A stretch of DNA of 64,000 nt. Source: Podarcis bocagei. Lineage: Eukaryota. This document shows positions 24,631-34,969 of the stretch, one piece after another. The DNA is taken from assembly GCA_964188305.1 (NCBI GenBank), contig OZ076889.1; one strand, 5' to 3'. A program made the position numbers and the translations under genes. Numbering within the stretch: the stretch's first letter is position 1; the number at the start of each line of letters is the position of its first letter. The notes beneath the pieces are model-generated. The model did not search any database and had not been told where the DNA came from. It worked only from the letters and a program-made list of their open reading frames with translations.

Positions 24631-25312
24631 TGGCACAGATCACCCAGGGTTATTGCCCAATCAATTTGAATGGGTGATCGTGGGGGAATGTATAAAAGCG
24701 GCAGCACGACGTGTGCCAAGCACCTGCTTCACGCTGCTGAACACCCGCCCACCCTCCCTTTAATTTAAGTGTCCTTTGGCCTTGCTTTGGACTTCGGTTG
24801 GTTGCCCGTCTTCGGTCGGGGACCGGGTAGGAATTTTTCCATTTGGCAAATTGGCACGGGCCACTTGGTTTTCGCCTACCTCTTAGCAATCGTCACAACT
24901 TTGTAAGGTTTGGTGGCTAGGCATTGGCTTATTGTTGAGTGGAGGAGGGGAGATCGGCCATTGCCTGCCCCTCTATTGTTCAAGGGTATTCCGTTAAAGG
25001 AATCCAGGGCCTGGATCTGGTCTGAAGTCTGCTTGAAGGGCTAGGGCCATGTCAGGCCTCTGGGAACACCAGGGGAGATGCAGGCAGGTTCCCCCAAAGC
25101 AGTTTCCCTTTCGGTGGTTTACCCTTACAAACTTCCTGCAAGGGGGGTAGGAGTCAGATATAGTATTTTGCCAATGCCTAAGCCAATACCATTCTCATTT
25201 CCTGTAATCAATAAAGTTGTGGCCAAAAAATTTGCCCGCCAACCTTAAAGAAAAATTCTGTGTCTGTGTGAAATTCTATATGCTAATGGGGGTTGGCTTA
25301 AGGGTCTTGCCA
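24631..25312 (+). mobile_element. LTR-like terminal repeat unit (DIRS/Ngaro-like or solo LTR; family uncertain)
   Basis: TGGCA...TGCCA ends, CCAAT 24657-24661, TATAAAA 24691-24697, AATAAA 25210-25215, GT-rich tract 25259-25270; retains CpGs unlike its flanks; no TSD. Confidence 0.6.
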
Positions 25313-25408
25313 TGCAAGACAGCATTGCTGTTGTTCTCCTCTCACCCCAACAAGGTGTGGGCCTGGATTTGTGAGGGAGCATTGGCCGGGTATATTGACT
25401 CAGGAGCC

Positions 25409-25449
25409 ATTATTATTATTGTATTATTATTATTATTATTATTATTATT

Positions 25450-25495
<46 letters not shown>

Positions 25496-25511
25496 CAACA
25501 ACAACAACAAC
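25409..25511. repeat. (TAT)n then (CAA)n microsatellite, tail of the adjacent L2
   Basis: Direct reading. Confidence 0.95.
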
Positions 25512-26170
25512 ATTTCTTTACCACCCTTCACCCGAAGATCACAGGATGTTTTACAATATAAAAACACAAACAAATACAGCATAATAACAAACAAAAACAA
25601 TTCCCCCATAGGCCATAGATTGTTTAACTACCCAAAGGCCTGGAAGAAAATGAATGTTTTTGTCTGGCACCTAAAGATATGTAGGCGACAGGTGAGCCTC
25701 CCTGGGGAGAGCATTCCACAAGCAGGGAGCCACCACAGAAAAGCCCTGTTCTCATGTTGCCACCCTCCGAACCTCTCTCAGAGGAGGCACATGGAGGACC
25801 TCAAATGATGAACACAGCATCTGGGCCGGTTTATAAGGGGAGAGGCAGCCCTTGAGGTATTGCAACCTTGAGCCATTTAAGGCTTTATAAGTCAAAACCA
25901 GCACTTTGAATTGGACCTGGAAACTAACTGGCAGCCAGTACAGTTGGGCCAGAATTGGCGTTATAATCCCAGTGAGCAGCCAGGCTGAATTCTGCACCAG
26001 CTGAAGTTCCTGAACCATCTTCAGAGGCAGCTTCTAGATGTCACCAAAGCATAGATTAACAGATGCTAGACTATCCCAGTCCAGATATGGCGAAAGTGGG
26101 CCACCAGTCGGAGTGGGTGGAAGGTACTCCATCCCACTGAGGCCACCTGAGCCTCAAGTGACAGCAATGT
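25512..26170 (-). mobile_element. L2 LINE 3' fragment
   Basis: Minus-strand ELQLVQNSA...ITPILAQLYWLPVSFQVQFKVLVLTYKALNG (25752-26018), typical of the L2 ORF2 end. Confidence 0.85.
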
Positions 26171-27849
26171 AGCCTGACTGTATCATGTTCAAACTGTTGG
26201 GTTTCTATCAGAGCTGGGAGAGCTGTAACCTTCCACGCACTGTTGGACTCCATCTCCCATCTGCCCCAGCCACCATGGCCAAGGGGCAGGGATGCTGGGA
26301 GATGGAGTCCAACAATACCTGGAGGCCCACAGCTTCGTCACCCCTAGTTTAAACTTCAAAGGGACAATGCATTTACACTTTAAAAATGTGAAGTATGAAT
26401 GTGACAAAGAAGTGTTTTTAAACACAGATAAACATACTGGTATACTTGGCCAGAGAGCTGAAACTTGGGTATGGGTCCCTGTTCAGTATGCGCTTGGTGA
26501 AAATCTGGGTGTTGCTATTGGAAATGGCAGAAAATAGGCATTACTGCCTTCATGTCTACACTGGTCGCACTATTACCTCTGCAGCAGGCTTTTGGTATTA
26601 TTTAATAAACCAGAGTGAACAGTGGGACAAAAGGTGCCCTTATCATGCCACACCCAACACTCATCATCTGTTCTACTTGAGATTGCAACTTCATTTCCAG
26701 AATGTTATCTCTAAACGGTTGAGACTTCTTAGTCCTTGCCAATATTATAATTATCCTGCCCCAAGCAGGATATTCTCTGGTAAATGGCAAAACACTTCTT
26801 TTAGCTCTCAAGAACAAAAGGTATAGTAATTAAAGCTTATTATACAGATTGGGGGGGGGGGTGCGCGCGCGCATGTGTAAAAATCTGGGTCAAATTCCAA
26901 CTGGGCAACATATGATCTTAGCCAGAGGAGGAGTGTAAAAAGTTCCTAGCAATGCAGAGAAGCACTGCAGAATCTAGATCAGAAACATATGTGCTTCGAA
27001 AAGATCCCAACAACAGTAGAAAAAAAACCACTGGATGCACGTTACAAATATTCCCACTGCCAAAAGGTGGGGGAGGAAGAATGGAATAAACAGGCGAGGG
27101 GATTTTTAAATATATTTTTTTTAAAAAATTGAGAGAATAAATTTGTTCAATCCTTTTGCATTATATGAAGTGCTGCATCTATTTTCTCAGACGTTTCTAT
27201 GTGGCCTGATCCTATAACTTCTTCCTTGTAAGTAAATCCCAGTGAGATCCACAGGAGTTATTCCCAAATAACCAGGAACAGGATTGCAGCCATTTAGCAT
27301 GATCCTAAACATCTTGGTGAATTACTGAAAAATCCATGAGATATTGGGTGCATATACACTAACCTGTTTGTCACAATAAAATGCAGCTCTTCTCAATCCG
27401 GGATAGTTCATCCTCAGCTTGCTTCTTTGAGTCTAAATTGAAAGTGTTGTTCTTAAAATTATTAGGATCTTGCAAATAGTGATCCTACTGAAATTAGACT
27501 CTTTTTCGACCAGTGCAAGCTACTGGGAAAGAAAGCAGTAACAGCTGGATAGAAATATCAGCTAGAGAGGATGAAAATGGGACTCTTTTATCTAGATGCT
27601 TTTATAGTATGCTTTGAAGCACTCTGTAAATAAAACGTGATATGTATGCTTTTTTGTTTTGTGTTTTGACTGTACTGTTGTAGTACTTGTAACATTGTAG
27701 TCATCTCCATAGTAGACTTTTGCTCTTTTTTGTTATTTAATTCATTCATTCATTAACTTTTAGGATGTTTTACTGGGCGAAGTATACTTTTCAGTACAAC
27801 ATATCATGATTTACAATCCATCATATTTCAGCTTAATATAGTGGCCTTT

Positions 27850-28373
27850 TAAGGCAGGCCATCCCCATTCCCATAATACAGGTGTGGGATCGAACATGAG
27901 TAGTCCACCCAGTGAGACTTAAGTAACATTTGAAGTGGCGACTTCACCACCACCTGGTGGGGTTTTGACTTGCTGTGACTTAGAACCTCTGCAGGGGTGG
28001 GGGACCAATTAGGATGAACCACCCCAGGAGGTTGATGGATCCAGATGGTTTCCTGGTGCCTCTCAGGGACTTTGCTGTCACCTTGGCAGGTGATTCTGAT
28101 GAAGCTCTGGTCAATTTCCGGAATGGAGAAATGATTAGGGCAGTTCACACAAATCCCAAGCATCCCCTCCCATGGAACAAAGCCAAAATGAGTTCTCTGG
28201 TTTTCCAGGGAACTGTGACCAATAAAATGACTGGACTGAAGACTAGAGTGAAGCTGGTGGAAAACTCTGAGCAAACCCAACCAAACATGGGCTAGAGCTC
28301 AATTAAAGAATTATTTGGTGGTTTTTTGTTGCAAACCACCCTGTGATCTTCGAATAAATGGTGGTATATAAAT

Positions 28374-28380
<7 letters not shown>
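27850..28380 (+). mobile_element. L2 LINE internal ORF2 fragment plus tail
   Basis: HPRRLMDPDGFL...EALV..N.EM.RAV (28014-28295) resembles the region between endonuclease and RT; followed by (AAT)n at 28377-28420. Confidence 0.65.
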
Positions 28381-28421
<41 letters not shown>

Positions 28422-30674
28422 TCCCCACCTTTGGGGCTGGTCAATGGCGTACTGTGATCCACCTTATAAGAAGATAATTTGGACCACTTGATAGCCTTTT
28501 GTGAAGAATTTGCACAACTCTTTGCAGACAAAAAATCACTTGGGTTATTTCTGACTTGGATGCCTTTGTTGATATAGGTCCAGTGAATGTAACTTCATTC
28601 CCTGCTTGTTGAGTCACAATGGAAACCTTTCAGCTTGTAGAACCCTAGGATGTAGACAGGATTGGAGAGGTGAGGCCTACATACCATACATGTTCTTCAC
28701 TATTGCCTGTCCAAACCATTTTGTAGAATTTATTGACTGGCTTAAAAGTTTTCCAAGCTGTGTTTCAGCATAGCCCTCCCAAGGAACTTCACAATTTTTA
28801 AAAATAAAATCACATAAGATCACCTCCCCCTACCACAATAAAATCCAACAATGTTCTGATTATTGGGCAGCTACAGATAAAATTCAAACGACAGCACTCC
28901 AACCAAATGTAGATTTATTGAATTTTTTATGAAGCCCTGAAGGTTCTTTCTAGAGCCACTCACACATATTTCCCTGGGAAAGGAATTTGTTAGGTGTGGG
29001 GCCACCACAGATAAGGCTCTGTGTCTGGTACCCACAAGATTAATTGGCTGTGATAGGCCATGGAACCATTGTGTCCAGTATTCTGAGATTCTAAATATGA
29101 GGTTTATTGGCGATGTCGGCACAAGATAATGCAAGATTTGCCACCTTATGATGCAAGCCTATACTAAAAATAATAGTAATTCCCTTTAAACTCAATAGGG
29201 TTAGGTTCCCAGTTAAGTATGTTTACATTACAGTTTATGGCACAATATCATGTAAATTTACTTAGAAATAAGTTGCATTGTTTTCAGTTGAACTTACACT
29301 AGAAAATACACTTAGGATTGCCAACTTGGTCTAGAAACAAATATGTTTCTGTCTAGTTGAGACTAACACTATCATAATAAATATTACATTTTTATGCACT
29401 GCCAGATTAGGATATGTGGATTGTCAGGTTGAGCTATGTGTAATCATTGTTAAATTATGCAAGTGATAGTAGTCACTCCATCACACCCTTCAAAGAATCT
29501 CATAGAAGCATTACACTTAGTTGATTGTACAAGGCATCATTGTATAACATTCTTGCAGCATATCCATTTATAACTACAACCACGTAGCTACTTCTTAAGA
29601 TAATGGAATTATATATAAAAATGTGTGTTAGGATTCTCATGCATAATTGTTTGTTTTTTTAAATGCAGCATCAACATACATGGTGTTACAGAATAACATA
29701 ATCACATCATTTCCCCAAATTCAAATTCTGTCTTCCCTGCTTTGTGGCATCCAGGGTTGTCTTTGTTTGACGTGGAATGTGGATTGGTTAACCTATTTGC
29801 CTATTGAACCATTTCTTTGACGACATCATGGAACCTCTGACACAAGCCAGTTTGGCAGCTTGTGCCACTCTCTTACGATCAGGGCTGGGGAATCTGTGAC
29901 CGTCCAGATGTTGTTGGATTCTATCTCCCATTATCTATTGCCATTGACCATGCTGCCAATGGGAGCAATTTCTGTGTGGCCACAGGTTCCCCACTTCTGG
30001 TTTATAGAGCTTTAGCTGTTTCATGGCAGGCAGGAAATCCAAAAGGAGCAATGGCTCGTAGTGTTCATAGAGATACGGTAAAGACATGGGAACAGTACAA
30101 CTCTTCATGCCTTTCTTAAAATTTGGACATAAAGCCAGTTGAAATCAATAGGGCTTGATTCCAAGTCAATAGGTTTAGGATCAAGCCTTTAATGTGAAAC
30201 ATAACTTTGTTTCTGTTGGGGGAAGATACCAATAACATTTGAGACAGAGCTCAGTCCATAGCAAATCTAATTTGCTTCTTGGTTGCCTTGGTTTTGGAGG
30301 TAGGTTGTTGTGCTTTTTTGTTTTGCCCTGGAGTTGCCTCTGTCTCCCAGGGTGGCCAGAAGGAAGTATTTAGTTTTTCTTGTTTATGTCATATAGTGTT
30401 GCTGTTTTTAATATATGTATAAAAACCTCCGTTCCATAATTACTTGCTGTGCTGTTGTTCCTTCATGGGTATAATGCATGTCATGAGACCTGAAATGACT
30501 GTATACATACAAAATATGCCCCTTTAGAGAAGCCAAAGAACATAAGAACCCTCCCTTCCTTTGGTGGAGTTGTGAATGGGTTTTTTACCTGCTCTCTTAA
30601 CTCCTCTTCCAGTTATTAAATATCTGGATGGCAGCCACCACATGGATCAGATGGAATTATTATGATTGAAGGCG

Positions 30675-30676
<2 letters not shown>

Positions 30677-30724
<48 letters not shown>
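30677..30724. repeat. (GT)24 microsatellite
   Basis: Direct reading. Confidence 0.97.
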
Positions 30725-30728
<4 letters not shown>

Positions 30729-31689
30729 CTAGGCCTTGGCTTCTTTGGCAAGGACTTTAACACAAGTATTAGGGATAAACAGCCCACCCATCTTTGATGA
30801 TGGTATCAGGGCAACATAAAATCATAATATTACCCATTCTACACACAACATCTCCAGGGGAAATTGTAGGGTTGATTTAATCACACAACCACCCAACCAA
30901 AAAAGGAAGAATGGAAGAAATAGTGGGGGGGGGGAGGCAAATAACACAGTTCCTTTCAAGACCATGTTCAATAGAAGGTATTTTTTCTTCCACGCAGTCA
31001 ATAGCGTGGAAACCTGAAATTACAATCACTATTGTTTGTGTTGGGTTAAACTCTGCTGAAATCAAGCTTCATTTATAGAAAGTGAATAAGGAAGCTAAAG
31101 TTGCAATTTGCTGAAACTGTGGTGGGAAGAGGGGAGAATTAGATTTTGCAAACTTCACACCAAATGAAGTTGGTTCAGTACAAGCTGGAGACCACTGATT
31201 TGTCAAGTTCCCCCAGGGCCAACTTCTGGTTTTGCTGTTCTTTGCATGCACAAGCTCCCCACCTCCAATCACTAGCATCTCCAGGTAAAGCTGTCCCTTG
31301 TCTAAAATCCTAGACAGCTGTTGCCAGTAGAAAACCCTGAGCTAGACGGAGCAATGGTCTGGCACCTTCCTCTATTCCTAGCCAGTGAATTTTAGAGCAA
31401 CAGTCGAGGGTGCTGTGGCCATACGGATGTCTTTGGACTCCAACCTCCATCAGCCCCTGCCAGCAGGTCAGTGGGCAGGATCCATGGGAGCTGCAGAATT
31501 CAACCACATCTGGAGGCCCAGTTTGCGAAGAACCTAAAAAGTCCATCTTTGGATTCTGCGCAAGGGGGAAAAACATTTTAAAGGAGATCCCAGGGCCTGG
31601 CTGCCTTTCTCTTGCCTGTCCCCTATCCAGTCGCAGGAAAGCCTCACAGTTCCATCCCCCACCAAGAAGCTGAAGATGAGCAGTTTGGG

Positions 31690-34100
31690 GAAGCAGCGGC
31701 GGGGATTGCTTCGAATAGCGGCGCAGCCCAATTCCAAGCGGCTCCGGGAGAGCAGCTGAGCGAGAGTCCTTCCTCCTCGGCCTCCGTTGCTGATTTTTTT
31801 CTGGCTCCGGCTGTAGCAGGAGGGCGGAGAGGGAGAGAGAGCGCAGGGTGTCCTGCGGGAAGAGCCCCGTTGCCATGGAGGTTTTTGTGGGTGTGAGTGA
31901 AAAGATACAGGGTACCTCTCACGGCCTTTATCCGGGAGGAGAGATGGAGGCGTTCCAATCCTTTCTTCCCTGGAGGGCTGCAGGGGAGGCGAAGCAGGGA
32001 AGGCGGAAGGAAGGATGGATGGACAGCCGGAACCGCACTCGGAGCCCTCTTGTCCAAGCAGAACGGAGTGAAGCGCGCACCAGACTGTGCAGGAGACCCG
32101 GCCAGGGCAAACCCCAAGAGATCGGGGAATCCTGTGAGCAGGAGGGGAAAGAGAGGAGGAGGAGAGCGAGAATTGTTTTTTCCAGAGCCTCCAGAGGATC
32201 TACTACAACTGACTGGTTCCCCAGCAACACACAGCTCTTTCAAGAGGCTGGTTTTCCGCCGCGTTTCCGAGCGTGCATTATCCCTAAATGTGGAGCTTCG
32301 CTTGTAAATCTGTGTGAGTGTGTGATCGTGAGGGGGCAACCACGGTGGAGTGGTTATTATTCCAAAGCAGCAAACCCAAACCCAAGGTTGCAGCCAACTA
32401 AGTGCTGTTCAGAGCAGATCCATTTGACATCAGTGGACAGCATCGTGCCCATTGATTTCAGTGTGGAACGCCTGAGTGGGATTGGATTGGGTTCAACTCT
32501 CACGTTGCCATCCTATGCCTACTTATCTGGGAGCAGGCGCCACTGAACACTGGGCGGACAACTCTTAGTATCGCCACGCTTTGCACAACCAGAGGAAGAG
32601 TTCGGTGTAACAAGGGTGCCTTGCCTGTTGCAATTTTAATACTGGCTGCCCTTGGTTAAAGGCATTTCTTCATTTCTAGCCTTGCCTTTTAGGTGTGCTG
32701 GACCTTTCATTCTGTAATTGTTTGACTCCCACAGGATCAAGATTTAGGCTAGAATTCAATATACACGCTTACCTGGCAGGAAATGCCACTGAGCTCAATA
32801 GGATTTAACAGTTTGCGCTGTTCCACTGTTAACTCTTCGGGGCAGCGTTCTTTCTATTCAGTAGCTCATTTCACTTTCGAAAGGACCATGCGCACTGCTA
32901 ATCTCCTTGGGTGAGCGCAGATATAGACATGGATAGAGCGATACTTTCTGACATTTAAATCTTAGTTCTGGAAGGGACCGTTTCCCTCTCCGGCTGCTAT
33001 ATGAGTCTGTCAGGATGCTTTAGGCATGATATAATTTTAAACGGGGAGGGGGCAGATTGTCTCCACCTCTCTCTTTCCAACTCGGCATGGTGCGGTGCGC
33101 ACCTTTGCGCAGGGCTCCATCCGGCAGGATGGCAGAAAGAGCGTCTCCCCCTTCCCCTCTGTATAGCCGCCTGCCCCTTGGAAAAGCAATAATCGAAGAC
33201 AAAACAGATACGAATCGTTTCCTTCAGTAGAATTAGCTTTGGAGTAAGCTGACGCAGGATCGCACCGCAGCAAGGCCTGACAGGAGGCGCTTTTCACTGG
33301 CGCGGAAAGGAAGACATGGGGGAAGGGAGGTCTGGCTGGGTTTCTTTTTTAAAAAAAGCATATCCTTCTTTATGCTACTGTTCAAAGTTTATGCTAGGTT
33401 GTTGTTGTTGTTTTTAAGGTGCCTGCAACATTGCTAGTAAGAAGCTGCATCGGGGCCCTTGATATTTGGATAATGTTAGTTCTTTCACTGAGCAGGCGTG
33501 ATGGCAGAATTTAATACACAGAGAAAGGGGGAAGAAAACAGAAAAAATGGGGAGAAAAAGAGAGAGATTAGGTTTTAAGAAAAGGCGCGTGCATTATCCC
33601 TCCACCTGGTCCGAAAGACCAATCTTAATACTTTGGAGAATTTTCTTTATGTCTGTCTGTCTTTCTACCCCCCCCCCCCCAATGCGCGGTTACTTGCGAA
33701 TAAGCGCCACTGAATTCCGTGGAGCTTCTATTTCCTCCCTAACGTGGGTCGTTGGAGCGAGCCGAGCGCCCTGCTGGCTGCTTGGGTGGGAGATGATGAA
33801 GTAATTGCTTGGATCGCCCGGTGAGCCAGCACAAAAAAGGGGGAAAGGAAAGGGAAAAGTGGGAGGGGGGAAAGGAGCCTACAGAAACGCAAACGCTTGT
33901 CTAAAGAAAGCGACTTTGCATTTTGAGAAGGCCCCAAAGCGTCATTCACAAGATCCGTGCTCCTTCGCCCCAAGGGGACTGGACCTCCCTCGGTCAGGCC
34001 AGCGAAAACCCAAACAAAAACCTGTCCTGTTTATTTATCTGATAAACGGCAGGGAATCGAATTGAAGCCACAGGCAAAATCCGCCTGAGTCCTCTGTTGT
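31690..34100. promoter_or_regulatory. Upstream orphan CpG-rich island(s), ~14-16 kb 5' of the LHX8 ATG
   Basis: Dense CpG (e.g. gcagcggcgggg, ccgccgcgtttccgagcg, gagcgagccgagcgcc) with no recognisable coding exon or large repeat. Confidence 0.7.
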
Positions 34101-34609
34101 GGCCTGGCTAGGGGTCCTGCTTCACGCCCATTCCAGCCCTCACTTTCTCTCTGGCTACCGTTACTTCACAGCTATATGTTTACCTGGAAATTAAACCGAT
34201 TACTCTTCTCCATCCCCCTCCCTCTGAATAAAATTTTGACGTATCTTCTCTTTACCAACTTCTCTTTCCTGCAGTAAAACAAAATTCAGCAAACTAGCAT
34301 GCATACTGCATCTCATTATCCAACTTCACTGCAAATAAATACTGCTTACCACACGTAATAACATAAGACAATAATATATTGTTAGTATGTCAAAAGGCAC
34401 ATTATACCGATAGGGTAATAAGGCATGCATGCAACAAATCCTTCCACCTTTCTTCTTTTTAAACTGAAAATTAAATAGGAATTTCCCTGTGCACATGTTC
34501 CCAAGTAAGACACATCAGTTGTGAAATGTTCTTTTTTGTAGAATGGAACAAGAATTTTGCTTTATGCTTAGGATATTGGCAGCCATCTTTACTTTGTAAA
34601 ATGACACCT

Positions 34610-34845
34610 CAGGAAGAAGCCTGTCAGATCAGACCAAAGACCCATCTAGTCCAGTGTTCTCCTATCACAGGGGCCAGCCAGATGTCTATGAGACACTCAC
34701 AAGCAGAGCCTGAGTGCAATAGCCCCCTTCCTTCCTGCTGTTTCCAGCAACCAGAATTCATAAGCATACTGCCTCTAACAATGGAGATAAAACATAGCCA
34801 TCATGGATAGAATCTGCCAAGAACTATATCCTCCATGAATCTGTA
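34610..34845 (-). mobile_element. Older CR1-type 3' fragment
   Basis: gatcagaccaaagacccatctagtccag...cctccatgaatctgt resembles a reversed CR1 3' UTR and ORF end. Confidence 0.55.
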
Positions 34846-34850
34846 TATAA

Positions 34851-34969
34851 CAGGGTTTCCCAAACTTAGGTCTCCAGTTCCCAACATTCCTGACCACAGG
34901 TCCTGATAGCTAGGGGTGGTAGGATTTGTAGTCCAACAGCAGCTGGAGACCCAAGTTTGGGAAATCCTG
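34851..34969. mobile_element. Short hAT-type MITE
   Basis: TIR CAGGGTTTCCCAAACTT / AAGTTTGGGAAATCCTG, degenerate 8-bp TSD gtatataa/gtctatga. Related ggactacaactcccatca elements at ~8690-8800, 9880-10005, 26225-26345, 29880-29998, 31410-31520, 37470-37520 and 53383-53460. Confidence 0.75.

Noticed and set aside
24880-25000. MALAT1-like locus (ENE plus genomic A-tract plus mascRNA)
   Set aside because: No A-rich tract or tRNA-like cloverleaf directly follows the U-rich loop; a canonical AATAAA lies downstream instead, so only a PAN-type ENE is proposed.
25217-25808. ORFs with poly-Tyr/Ile/Leu runs (also 53616-53970 and 58345-58607)
   Set aside because: Translations of microsatellites and adjacent LINE relics.
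31644-32546. Longest ORFs in the window (231 aa minus, 232 aa plus, overlapping)
   Set aside because: Several overlapping frames on both strands in GC-rich CpG-island DNA where stops are rare; no recognisable domain or convincing splice structure.
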